A DNA stretch of 64,000 nucleotides from an uncultured Prevotellaceae bacterium (GTDB lineage Bacteria; Bacteroidota; Bacteroidia; Bacteroidales; Bacteroidaceae). The position numbers and the translations under genes are program-made. The DNA lies in the NCBI GenBank assembly GCA_900314755.1, contig OMWH01000002.1, positions 25,926-89,925 on the forward strand, in the 5' to 3' direction. Positions within the stretch are counted from its first letter, which is position 1. Each line of letters starts with the position of its first letter. This document shows positions 11,562 through 19,098 of the stretch, piece after piece. The notes under the pieces are model-generated. The model had not been told where the DNA came from and made no database searches. It was given only the letters and a program-made list of their open reading frames with translations.

Positions 11562-12296
11562 ATGTCTGAGGGAAGGGTTTGCCCGTACTGTAAAAACGAG
11601 CTTGCTGATGACAAGGGTGGTACTGCTACTAAGGCCGTGAATTGGGCTTTGACTGTAGCAGGAGATTTTGCTCTGACATCTTTAAACATTAAAGGCTCAT
11701 TCAGTGGTGGACAAGTTCTGCCTGTACCTATGAAATGCCATAATTGTGGCCGAAGATATAGTGACGCATGGGGAAGCTTGTCTATGAAAAAGGAATATTC
11801 ATTACGATACCTTTTAGACAACCTTAGACGAAATTACGAACCAAAATATATAAGCGAGGACAAGGAAACAACGGATAAACTGTATAGGGAAAGAAATGAA
11901 AAGATGCTGCAAGATTTGCAGAAAATATTAAATATAAACTTGTCTGAGGCTGTTACGGAAGAATTTTTGCAAACTCATGGTTATGACGCTTGTAATTACC
12001 TCTTAAAAGAAATTGGAGAAGATAAACCACTTAAAGAACTTTTTCGATACAATACAAAAGAAACGCTTTTCCCAATAATAAACAAGATAATTAAAAGTAA
12101 AGGGGATAAGGAAAATTTGCCTTGCCATATAAATTATAAGCACAAGATGAAAGATCTTGGCGTTACTGGTTTTTTTACATCAGGTACTTTCTTGACTGAA
12201 TTAAGAAAGTGTTATGGTGATTTGCCGGATATACCATACCCAGACGATAATATTATGTTAGGCAATTATATCTCAAAAGTCCTATCCTCTTTATGA
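11562..12296 (+). CDS. Hypothetical protein with N-terminal zinc-ribbon-like CPYC...CHNC
   Basis: ORF 11532-12296; likely ATG 11562 after an AT-rich tract. Two CxxC pairs. Promoter box TAACTTTG at 11348-11355. Confidence 0.7.
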   Translation: MSEGRVCPYCKNELADDKGGTATKAVNWALTVAGDFALTSLNIKGSFSGGQVLPVPMKCHNCGRRYSDAWGSLSMKKEYSLRYLLDNLRRNYEPKYISEDKETTDKLYRERNEKMLQDLQKILNINLSEAVTEEFLQTHGYDACNYLLKEIGEDKPLKELFRYNTKETLFPIINKIIKSKGDKENLPCHINYKHKMKDLGVTGFFTSGTFLTELRKCYGDLPDIPYPDDNIMLGNYISKVLSSL

Positions 12297-12306
12297 TTTT
12301 CAATGA

Positions 12307-12347
12307 GAGTCGGACGTTTTTTGTCATACTAGCGAAATAATTTTGCC
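12307..12347 (+). promoter_or_regulatory. Promoter with conserved upstream operator, copy 1
   Basis: GAGTCGGAC-GTT-TTTTGTC-N12-TAATTTTGCC, 17 nt before ATG 12365. Confidence 0.75.
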
Positions 12348-12364
12348 AGGCATAAATAAAAAAC

Positions 12365-13780
12365 ATGGAAGAGAAAAGAATTATATTAGGCATAGATGTT
12401 GATGATGGAAATGTTTTCAATTCCTACATTAAATCAGCTGTTTCGCAAGCAGAGATAGAGCTGTTGACGCTAGACGAATCCATAGAATCAATTAAATCAA
12501 TAAAGCCTAATTGCGACAAAACAGATTATGTTTTAGCTGCAAGTTCTGGGGCAATATGTGGTATAATTGACATATTTCTCGTAGGCAAGCCTGGTGAATC
12601 TGTATTAGGAGGTATCACTGACAAATGGTTTGAAAAACGAACTTGTGATTTTGCTAAATTATGTGGTTGGAAAGGAAATGACAAAAACCCCGTAAAGTCG
12701 GCAATAGGTTTTTTAGAGAGAAAATTTAAAGTTCCTTATGACCAGAGAGGATGTGGGGATGCTGGGGCTTTCATATACAATCTTACCCCTTCAAACCATC
12801 ACTTCAAGTCTTTGGCTCACAACCCGTCATTGCTTGGATTGTTTTTCTCTATTTTAGACCAATTCACAAATACTTCTCATTTTATATCTGAAGGTAAACT
12901 TATCGAGTTGGAGGAGGCTGATGATAAATTTCAGCTAAGAGGGAATAGCGTTATCAGTAAGTTTTGGTGCGGATTTGTGAACTGGTTTGGGCATCTTATG
13001 TCTGATGTGTCTGGAGCGTCAGGAAGTAAAACTAGAGGGATGGGAATACCATCGCCACTATGGACTTGGACTAACAGTGTTATCGCTATAAAAGCAAAGC
13101 TAAATCTCCCTATTAGTAAATTCGACAAGGATATAAATGAGTTTGCAATAAAAATATTTGAAGAGGGTTATGATACCAGATTCCAAGCCACACAAGTAAT
13201 ACCAGTATTGATAAATGAGTTTGTGGTTAGATTGTTTTATGCGATTAGGAGGCTTCTGAATTACTATTCCCACACAAATAAAGAAGAACGCTCTTTGAAA
13301 ACTGCATGGAAAGCATGTGAACCTTTCACCAATCCTACAGTGAAAAGAATGTTGCTGGTTGCTCATAGTACATTCTGTCTCATAGATATAGGAGAAGCTA
13401 CTGTAATAGGCTTTGCTACTGCTCCAGGTTCCTTTAATGCAAAGGAATTTCTTATGCACTTAAATATCGCAGGGATAGGGAGATTGTCTTTTTCTTTATA
13501 TGGCGAGGCAAAGATGCGGATTAATTACCGCAACGCAGAATTGGCAGCACAATATACCCAAAAAGAGAAACATATTGTCGAAAGATACATAGAAGGTCTA
13601 AATACTCTCAAAGTTCTTTATGATGACAGAGAGTATTTTACCTTCGTAGATGACCTAAAGATCAATAATTATATTGAAGCATTTGGTAAATCTGTGGAAT
13701 TGGCAAAGCTAAGAAATGCTCCAGTTAAATATGAATCTAAACAATCAATAGATGACTACTTTAATCCCAAACAGCAATGA
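12365..13780 (+). CDS. Hypothetical membrane-associated protein, possible metal-dependent hydrolase
   Basis: 471-aa ORF with hydrophobic helices, KVPYD, NHHFKSLAH and GHLMSD. ATGA overlap with the next gene. Confidence 0.8.
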   Translation: MEEKRIILGIDVDDGNVFNSYIKSAVSQAEIELLTLDESIESIKSIKPNCDKTDYVLAASSGAICGIIDIFLVGKPGESVLGGITDKWFEKRTCDFAKLCGWKGNDKNPVKSAIGFLERKFKVPYDQRGCGDAGAFIYNLTPSNHHFKSLAHNPSLLGLFFSILDQFTNTSHFISEGKLIELEEADDKFQLRGNSVISKFWCGFVNWFGHLMSDVSGASGSKTRGMGIPSPLWTWTNSVIAIKAKLNLPISKFDKDINEFAIKIFEEGYDTRFQATQVIPVLINEFVVRLFYAIRRLLNYYSHTNKEERSLKTAWKACEPFTNPTVKRMLLVAHSTFCLIDIGEATVIGFATAPGSFNAKEFLMHLNIAGIGRLSFSLYGEAKMRINYRNAELAAQYTQKEKHIVERYIEGLNTLKVLYDDREYFTFVDDLKINNYIEAFGKSVELAKLRNAPVKYESKQSIDDYFNPKQQ

Positions 13781-14892
13781 TTATGAGCAAGAAAAAAAAT
13801 AAACTTCAAGAAGCAGCTGAAAAAGTTAAGGCTGAGGTTGAACTTACTAATAGTAAGATCTCCGAGTTGGGCAATTATTCATATAGTCTCAATAATGTAT
13901 TAAACATCATACAGACTCAGTTTGATAAAATACGAAATATCCCAAGTGATAAACATATTGAGTATGACAAGATAAAGAAAGCCAGACTAACATGGACGCG
14001 TGAAGTTGAAAAAATAGAGGCCAATTACAAATCCTCTCAGACTATAAATGTTAGTTCAGGAGCAGCAGGAGCCGCAACTGGAGTCGGTGTTGTAACACTA
14101 GCTCCAACCGCAGCAATGAGTATTGCTACCACATTTGGTGTGGCTTCAACTGGAACAGCTATTTCCTCTCTAAGTGGAGCAGCTGCTACCAATGCGGCAT
14201 TAGCTTGGTTGGGCGGAGGAACATTGGCCGCTGGTGGCGGTGGAATGGCTGGAGGTTCTGCTCTTCTTGCTTTAGCAGGGCCTGTTGGCTGGTCTATTGC
14301 AGGTGTAGCCTTGTTAGGGGGTGGTATAATGTTTTGGCTTACATCATCCGACAAGAAAAAGTTGGAGGAGATCTATTGCTTGATTAGTGAAAGAGATATT
14401 AAGTCGTATGATTTGGCTATTGTTGAGTTGAATGAACGCATAACAAGAATTCAACAAGAGACTAAACTGCTTAATGATGCTATTGTTGAAATAGGGTCTT
14501 TTGGTACTGACTATACACAAATGAGCGAAAATCAGCAATATACGCTTGGGACATATCTTAATCAAATGATTTCTTCAACCCAACTTTTGATCAACCCAAT
14601 AATGGGACTCCAACCAAATTATTCAGAAAATGATTTTGAAAAATACTTATCTTTTCATAGAGTAGAGCCAAAGTATCGTGAAAAGAAAATAAAGAAGCTG
14701 GTAATATACATGGCAAATCTTCTGTTCGGCATAGAAACAGACGAGAAAGGTCGTAAGTTGCTTGCTAAATCATACAGAAAAAACAAAGAGTTTCTTAAAG
14801 ACATGAAATTAGAGAAGAAAGATGTTGATATAGAAATTCTAAATACTGTAGATGATGCTATAAAGTATAAGGAGGAATTGTCAAAGAAATAG
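13777..14892 (+). CDS. Hypothetical coiled-coil protein with long Gly/Ala-rich hydrophobic hairpin
   Basis: 371 aa; central STGTAISSLSGAAATNAALAWLGGGTLAAGGGGMAGG...GPVGW flanked by charged helical regions. Confidence 0.8.
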   Translation: MIMSKKKNKLQEAAEKVKAEVELTNSKISELGNYSYSLNNVLNIIQTQFDKIRNIPSDKHIEYDKIKKARLTWTREVEKIEANYKSSQTINVSSGAAGAATGVGVVTLAPTAAMSIATTFGVASTGTAISSLSGAAATNAALAWLGGGTLAAGGGGMAGGSALLALAGPVGWSIAGVALLGGGIMFWLTSSDKKKLEEIYCLISERDIKSYDLAIVELNERITRIQQETKLLNDAIVEIGSFGTDYTQMSENQQYTLGTYLNQMISSTQLLINPIMGLQPNYSENDFEKYLSFHRVEPKYREKKIKKLVIYMANLLFGIETDEKGRKLLAKSYRKNKEFLKDMKLEKKDVDIEILNTVDDAIKYKEELSKK

Positions 14893-14900
14893 TTTTCAAT

Positions 14901-15800
14901 ATGTCGCAGCTAAAGAAATGCCTTTATATCATTGACCTGCTTAGACGGAGGGGGGCTATGTCGCTGAATGAAATCAATGAATCATTCAGGTATTCTCCTT
15001 TGTACGATAAGAACATAGAACCTCGTACCTTCGCCCGATACAAAGACTTCATTGCCCTGAACTTTCCATATTACATAGAGTTCAACAATAGGACGAAGAA
15101 GTATGAGCTGTTTCGTGACAAGCCGCTATATGGTGAGGACAGTTCTCTCTACGACTATTTGTTGTCTGCCTACCATATACAAAGTATCACAGAACTTGCC
15201 ATAAAACACCAGGACAAGATAATGACGGCAGAAGTTCCAACGGGAGTAGAGAACGTACATATCATTCTGGAAGCCATCGACAAGCAGCGAGGTATAGAGT
15301 GTACCTACTATTCATTTACCAAAGAGTCTGCCAAAGAACAGACCATAATCCCCTGTTTCCTTAAAACCTGGGAAGGTCGTTGGTATCTGGTTGCCGAACC
15401 AGCAAACCAGCAACATGAACCTGCGGTATATGCCCTTGAACGCATGGATAACATCAGACTTACAGATAAGACCATGCGCCCAACCAAGAAGATTACACCA
15501 GAGAAATACTTTGACGGCAGTTTTGGTATCAACCATTCAGATGACCAGAAACCAGAGATAATAAGGATTAAGGTTTACGGTTCACAGGTTGCTTATGTCA
15601 GGACGCTCCCAATCCATGAATCTCAGAAAGAAGTTGAGACAACAGAGGACTGGAGCATCTTTGAGTATCGGCTTGTTCCATGCTTCAACTTGTATCAGGA
15701 GTTATTATGGCATCGTGAGAAAATTGAAGTCTTGGAACCTCTCTATGTCAGGGAAGAAATGAAAAACATTGTAGAGGCATTGCATAATATATATAAATAG
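14901..15800 (+). CDS. WYL-domain transcriptional regulator (HTH-WYL-WCX)
   Basis: N-terminal winged-HTH-like region, GRWYLVA, YALERM, YFDGSFGI, IEVLEPLYVREEM (WCX). Confidence 0.9.
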   Translation: MSQLKKCLYIIDLLRRRGAMSLNEINESFRYSPLYDKNIEPRTFARYKDFIALNFPYYIEFNNRTKKYELFRDKPLYGEDSSLYDYLLSAYHIQSITELAIKHQDKIMTAEVPTGVENVHIILEAIDKQRGIECTYYSFTKESAKEQTIIPCFLKTWEGRWYLVAEPANQQHEPAVYALERMDNIRLTDKTMRPTKKITPEKYFDGSFGINHSDDQKPEIIRIKVYGSQVAYVRTLPIHESQKEVETTEDWSIFEYRLVPCFNLYQELLWHREKIEVLEPLYVREEMKNIVEALHNIYK

Positions 15801-15845
15801 GTATGCTATGGTTCGTTATTTCTTTTATTTTCAAAATTTATTTTC

Positions 15846-15886
15846 GAGTCGGACACCTTTTGTCTGTTACCAAAACTAACTTTGCC
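15846..15886 (+). promoter_or_regulatory. Promoter with conserved upstream operator, copy 2
   Basis: GAGTCGGAC-ACC-TTTTGTC-N12-TAACTTTGCC, 33 nt before ATG 15920; spacing identical to copy 1. Confidence 0.75.
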
Positions 15887-15919
15887 CTCGAAATTAGTAA
15901 TTAATAGGAGAAATAAGTT

Positions 15920-16657
15920 ATGAATCAAGACAAAGACCTCGCGTTTCTCGCAACGTGTAAGAATGAAGATCTACGTACATTGTGCGACATTCTCACTTAT
16001 AACAAGAATGGGGAGGTTCGCATGAGTGAACAGCTTACAAACTCTGATGTCTACATCAACTGTTATCCAGACAAGATGAACCTCATGTCAAGGCAAATCG
16101 GGGAAGAACTGCGTAAGTTTGGCAGCAATACAGTTAAGACTTTCTGCCGTCAGGGTGAAGCAGACAGTTACGAAACCATTGTTCGCCGTGTATGTAAGCG
16201 AATGAAGGTGAATGTCGGTAGCAGCAATGACACTCAAACGATGGAGCGTGAACTGCTGACAACCATCTGTGAGCAATCTGCCAGTAAGATGTCCGATGAA
16301 GAACTGAGAAACATTGCGGACAAGGCAGGTATTCCCCATAAGTCTCTCAATAAGCAGATGCTGACATACGTTGTGATGATGGCAATTCGCAGAAACACCT
16401 ATCTTATGACTGAAATGCTCTATTATGTAACAACAAGTATTGCAGAAATGCTTCTTGGTCGTTGGATAACAATGATGGGTATGGGTACAGTAGGTCGCTA
16501 TCTTGGTATGGCAGCAGGGCCAATAGGCTGGGCTGCTTTGGCTGGTTGGACTATCAGCGATATTGCATCCCCGGCATATCGTGTGATGATACCAGCCGTG
16601 ATAATGGTTGCATCTATGCGCTTCCGTCAGACTGCATTGTTAACTCAAAAGATTTAG
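15920..16657 (+). CDS. YaaW / UPF0174 (DUF3944 N-terminal) family protein
   Basis: DKDLAFLATCKNEDLRTLCDILT, EELRKFGSN, GPIGW, SPAYRVMIPAV resemble E. coli YaaW (DSDLDFLQHCSEEQL, ELQHFGGD, SAYRVTIPAV), recalled from memory. Confidence 0.8.
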   Translation: MNQDKDLAFLATCKNEDLRTLCDILTYNKNGEVRMSEQLTNSDVYINCYPDKMNLMSRQIGEELRKFGSNTVKTFCRQGEADSYETIVRRVCKRMKVNVGSSNDTQTMERELLTTICEQSASKMSDEELRNIADKAGIPHKSLNKQMLTYVVMMAIRRNTYLMTEMLYYVTTSIAEMLLGRWITMMGMGTVGRYLGMAAGPIGWAALAGWTISDIASPAYRVMIPAVIMVASMRFRQTALLTQKI

Positions 16658-16662
16658 TGACT

Positions 16663-17445
16663 ATGGAAGCAAGAGACATCATGCACCCAGAGGATGCTAA
16701 AGCGATTCAGATGTTAAAACGCATAAAGGGTTTTGATGCCTTAGTCCGTGCCTCAATGGAACATGGCTACGAGAAAATCTTCCGTGGAGAGAATCTTGGA
16801 TGTATGGTAAGAGTGAATGCTCAGAATAGCCACAACCTATACACGGCTTTCAAAGGTGTTGTTCAAAAGGTTAGAATAGCAGAACCAGAGTTCTACATCT
16901 ATAATGATCCTGTTATGAATGCTTATACCTACGGAGAGACCAACACCTTCATTGCCGTTAGCAACTCACTCGTAGAACGGCTTACTATTGACGAGGTTAG
17001 AAGCGTCATAGCCCATGAGTGTGGGCATATTCTCTGCAAGCACACTTTCTACAACACCTTGCTACGGACGATAGAGGAACTTGGGCTTTGGTTTCAGCTT
17101 ATATCATATACAGCTTTTGCTCCTATTCTGATGGGATTGCAATATTGGAGCAGGAAAAGTGAGTATTCGGCTGATCGCTGTGCCGCTGCTGTAGTGGGTG
17201 AACGGACATTCCAGACTTCAATGCTGAAACTTACAACAGGATTGGCTGAGATCCAGGGGAATCCCTATCAACTTGTGGAACAGGCTAAGGAGTACCATCG
17301 TTTCGTTAACGATTCATGGTGGAACCGTATTCAGCAGAATTGCCGTGTGGCTTTTAATAGTCATCCTCAGATGTGTGAACGTGCCTGGGAGATCGACCGT
17401 TGGAAGAACTCATGGGCATATCGGAAATTGTATATGTCAAATTGA
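16663..17445 (+). CDS. M48 family zinc metallopeptidase (HtpX/Ste24-like)
   Basis: HEXXH (AHECGH), NAYTYG, WSRKSEYSADR. Start moved from 16462 to ATG 16663, just after the upstream stop. Confidence 0.9.
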   Translation: MEARDIMHPEDAKAIQMLKRIKGFDALVRASMEHGYEKIFRGENLGCMVRVNAQNSHNLYTAFKGVVQKVRIAEPEFYIYNDPVMNAYTYGETNTFIAVSNSLVERLTIDEVRSVIAHECGHILCKHTFYNTLLRTIEELGLWFQLISYTAFAPILMGLQYWSRKSEYSADRCAAAVVGERTFQTSMLKLTTGLAEIQGNPYQLVEQAKEYHRFVNDSWWNRIQQNCRVAFNSHPQMCERAWEIDRWKNSWAYRKLYMSN

Positions 17446-17494
17446 CGGAACATTACAAAAACAAAATAATCCTGCTATCCCTGCTACAATGTGG

Positions 17495-17574
17495 GTGAAA
17501 TGCCGATGTATAAAGGGCGGAGCCTGTAGCACGATTGGGATTTATCCTGCTACAATGGTGCTACAACCCTGCTA
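17495..17574 (+). repeat. 80-bp direct repeat, copy 1
   Basis: GTGAAATGCCGATGTATAAAGGGCGGAGCCTGTAGCACGATTGGGATTTATCCTGCTACAATGGTGCTACAACCCTGCTA; 79/80 identical to 18921-19000. Confidence 0.95.
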
Positions 17575-17659
17575 TGACAAATTTTTTCTGGTTAAATTAC
17601 GACAATATAAGAATTCTTTTGTATATTTGCAAGCAAATAGAATTATCGTAGTATATACA

Positions 17660-18430
17660 ATGAAATTAGAGCATCTATACGAATTGATTGCCAACGAGGG
17701 CTTTACTGCTCTGACATTACAAGAAATAGATAACTACATAAAAGATATACAAAATGGGACAGAAGATTTTCCTCGATTCAATCTATCAGAGCATGCAGGA
17801 TTCTGCACGGCAGGTGCGTCTCTCATTGGGGCGTCCATCATCGCATGCTACGCGACAGCAAGCATTACAGCAAGTCGCAATGTTGAAGGCAGCCAAGGAA
17901 GCCCAGCAAACTGGGAAATAGACGAACGACAGGAGCAACTCATCGAGCAATGGGCTAAGGCTGCCAATTTGTGGGAGGATAACTCTGAGCAGATACTTGT
18001 AGATGAATTCGGTCCTATGATTGCTCAAGGAGCAGAGGCAAAGGTGTATTATAGCGATGGAAACACTTCGGTGGTAAAAGAGCGTACTTCCATCTATTCT
18101 ACTTGGCAAAAGGCACTTGATGCAATAGTATTGCATAATTGTCTCTTCCCTGAAACAGCCATGAAAGTTATTGGTTTTACTCGCGACAAAGACGGATTGA
18201 TGCGTATTGTACTGACACAGCCATACGTAAATTGTCTCCGATTGGCGACAAAGAAAGAAATAGACGATATGGTATTGGCAAAAGGATTTCGTGACAACTG
18301 GGACGGACAAGGAGTGAACTATGTCTCCGATCGTTTGGCACTTGAAGACATGCATCCTGCAAATGTTTTCATTGACACTGTGTCAGGAAAGCCAATTTGT
18401 ATTGATTGTATCGTGAAATTTGTGAAGTGA
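17660..18430 (+). CDS. Polyvalent-protein-type Ser/Thr/Tyr kinase (Kinase-PolyVal-like)
   Basis: QGAEAKVY (Gly loop), VVKE (Lys), EDMHPANV (catalytic loop), CIDC (DFG equivalent). Start moved to ATG 17660 after TATATTTG box. Confidence 0.78.
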   Translation: MKLEHLYELIANEGFTALTLQEIDNYIKDIQNGTEDFPRFNLSEHAGFCTAGASLIGASIIACYATASITASRNVEGSQGSPANWEIDERQEQLIEQWAKAANLWEDNSEQILVDEFGPMIAQGAEAKVYYSDGNTSVVKERTSIYSTWQKALDAIVLHNCLFPETAMKVIGFTRDKDGLMRIVLTQPYVNCLRLATKKEIDDMVLAKGFRDNWDGQGVNYVSDRLALEDMHPANVFIDTVSGKPICIDCIVKFVK

Positions 18431-18431
18431 T

Positions 18432-18468
18432 ACGACTGGCAGAGTAACATTTCTGCCAGTCGTTTTTT
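18432..18468 (+). terminator. Intrinsic terminator after kinase
   Basis: ACGACTGGCAGA-GTAACATT-TCTGCCAGTCGT followed by a T tract. Confidence 0.85.
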
Positions 18469-18560
18469 CCTACACGTAATTGTTGCCTTTTCTGTTTCTA
18501 ATACACGTACATTTAAATAAGCTTTATCTCGGCATCAATCACATAGATGTCGCCCTCGTC

Positions 18561-18671
18561 ATCGACAAGAACATTGCGAAGCGCTACGGCTTTACAGAAG
18601 AAGAACTTGACTTCATCATCAATTACGATATTAAGTATCGTATGGGTGATGAACTCAATGATAGTGAATAA
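18561..18671 (+). pseudogene. 3' remnant of a type IIG/Eco57I-like restriction-modification gene
   Basis: IDKNIAKRYGFTEEELDFIINYDIKYRMGDELNDSE* matches my recollection of the extreme C-terminus of such enzymes; no upstream gene body. Confidence 0.65.
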
Positions 18672-18686
18672 ATAATTGCTCCAAAA

Positions 18687-18718
18687 TTTGGAAGTTTGAA
18701 GAAAAGTTCCTATCTTTG
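18687..18718 (+). promoter_or_regulatory. Consensus Bacteroidetes promoter without an intact downstream gene
   Basis: TTTG 18687-18690, 20-nt spacer, TATCTTTG 18711-18718. Confidence 0.75.
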
Positions 18719-18920
18719 CACCCAGATGAGAGTTGCATATAGGCGCGATAATATCAAGCTCCGCAACCGTCGATTTATAAAGCCGTTGGTCGAGAACCTA
18801 CGGCTTTAATTCATTTATGATACTTTCAATCTCTCGGCGGGACTGCTCTTTAGCATTGACTACAACGGCCTCTCCATTAAACACTATGTTTAATTTTGCA
18901 TAAAAGATAGTGTAAATGGA

Positions 18921-19000
18921 GTGAAATGCCGATGTATAAAGGGCGGAGCCTGTAGCACGATTGGGATTTATCCTGCTACAATGGTGCTACAATCCTGCTA
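18921..19000 (+). repeat. 80-bp direct repeat, copy 2
   Basis: Matches 17495-17574 except one C/T. Confidence 0.95.
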
Positions 19001-19032
19001 CCAGACAGCGACTGTTTTTTGAGCGGTTTGCT

Positions 19033-19098
19033 TTTGGCTATAGCCGTTCAGTTGTTTGGCTGGAGCCGCACGGTTGTTTGGCTATAGCCGAACGGTTG
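19033..19098. repeat. 3 x 22-bp tandem repeat with palindromic GGCTATAGCC core
   Basis: TTTGGCTATAGCCGTTCAGTTG / TTTGGCTGGAGCCGCACGGTTG / TTTGGCTATAGCCGAACGGTTG. Confidence 0.9.

Noticed and set aside
16462-16662. N-terminal extension of the M48 ORF
   Set aside because: Overlaps the YaaW gene by ~195 nt; ATG 16663 right after its stop is more plausible.
17273-17659. N-terminal extension of the kinase ORF
   Set aside because: Overlaps the M48 gene and the 80-bp repeat; the promoter box and AT-rich leader point to ATG 17660.
19033-19098. Possible CRISPR array
   Set aside because: Units are contiguous with no unique spacers, and no cas genes are present.
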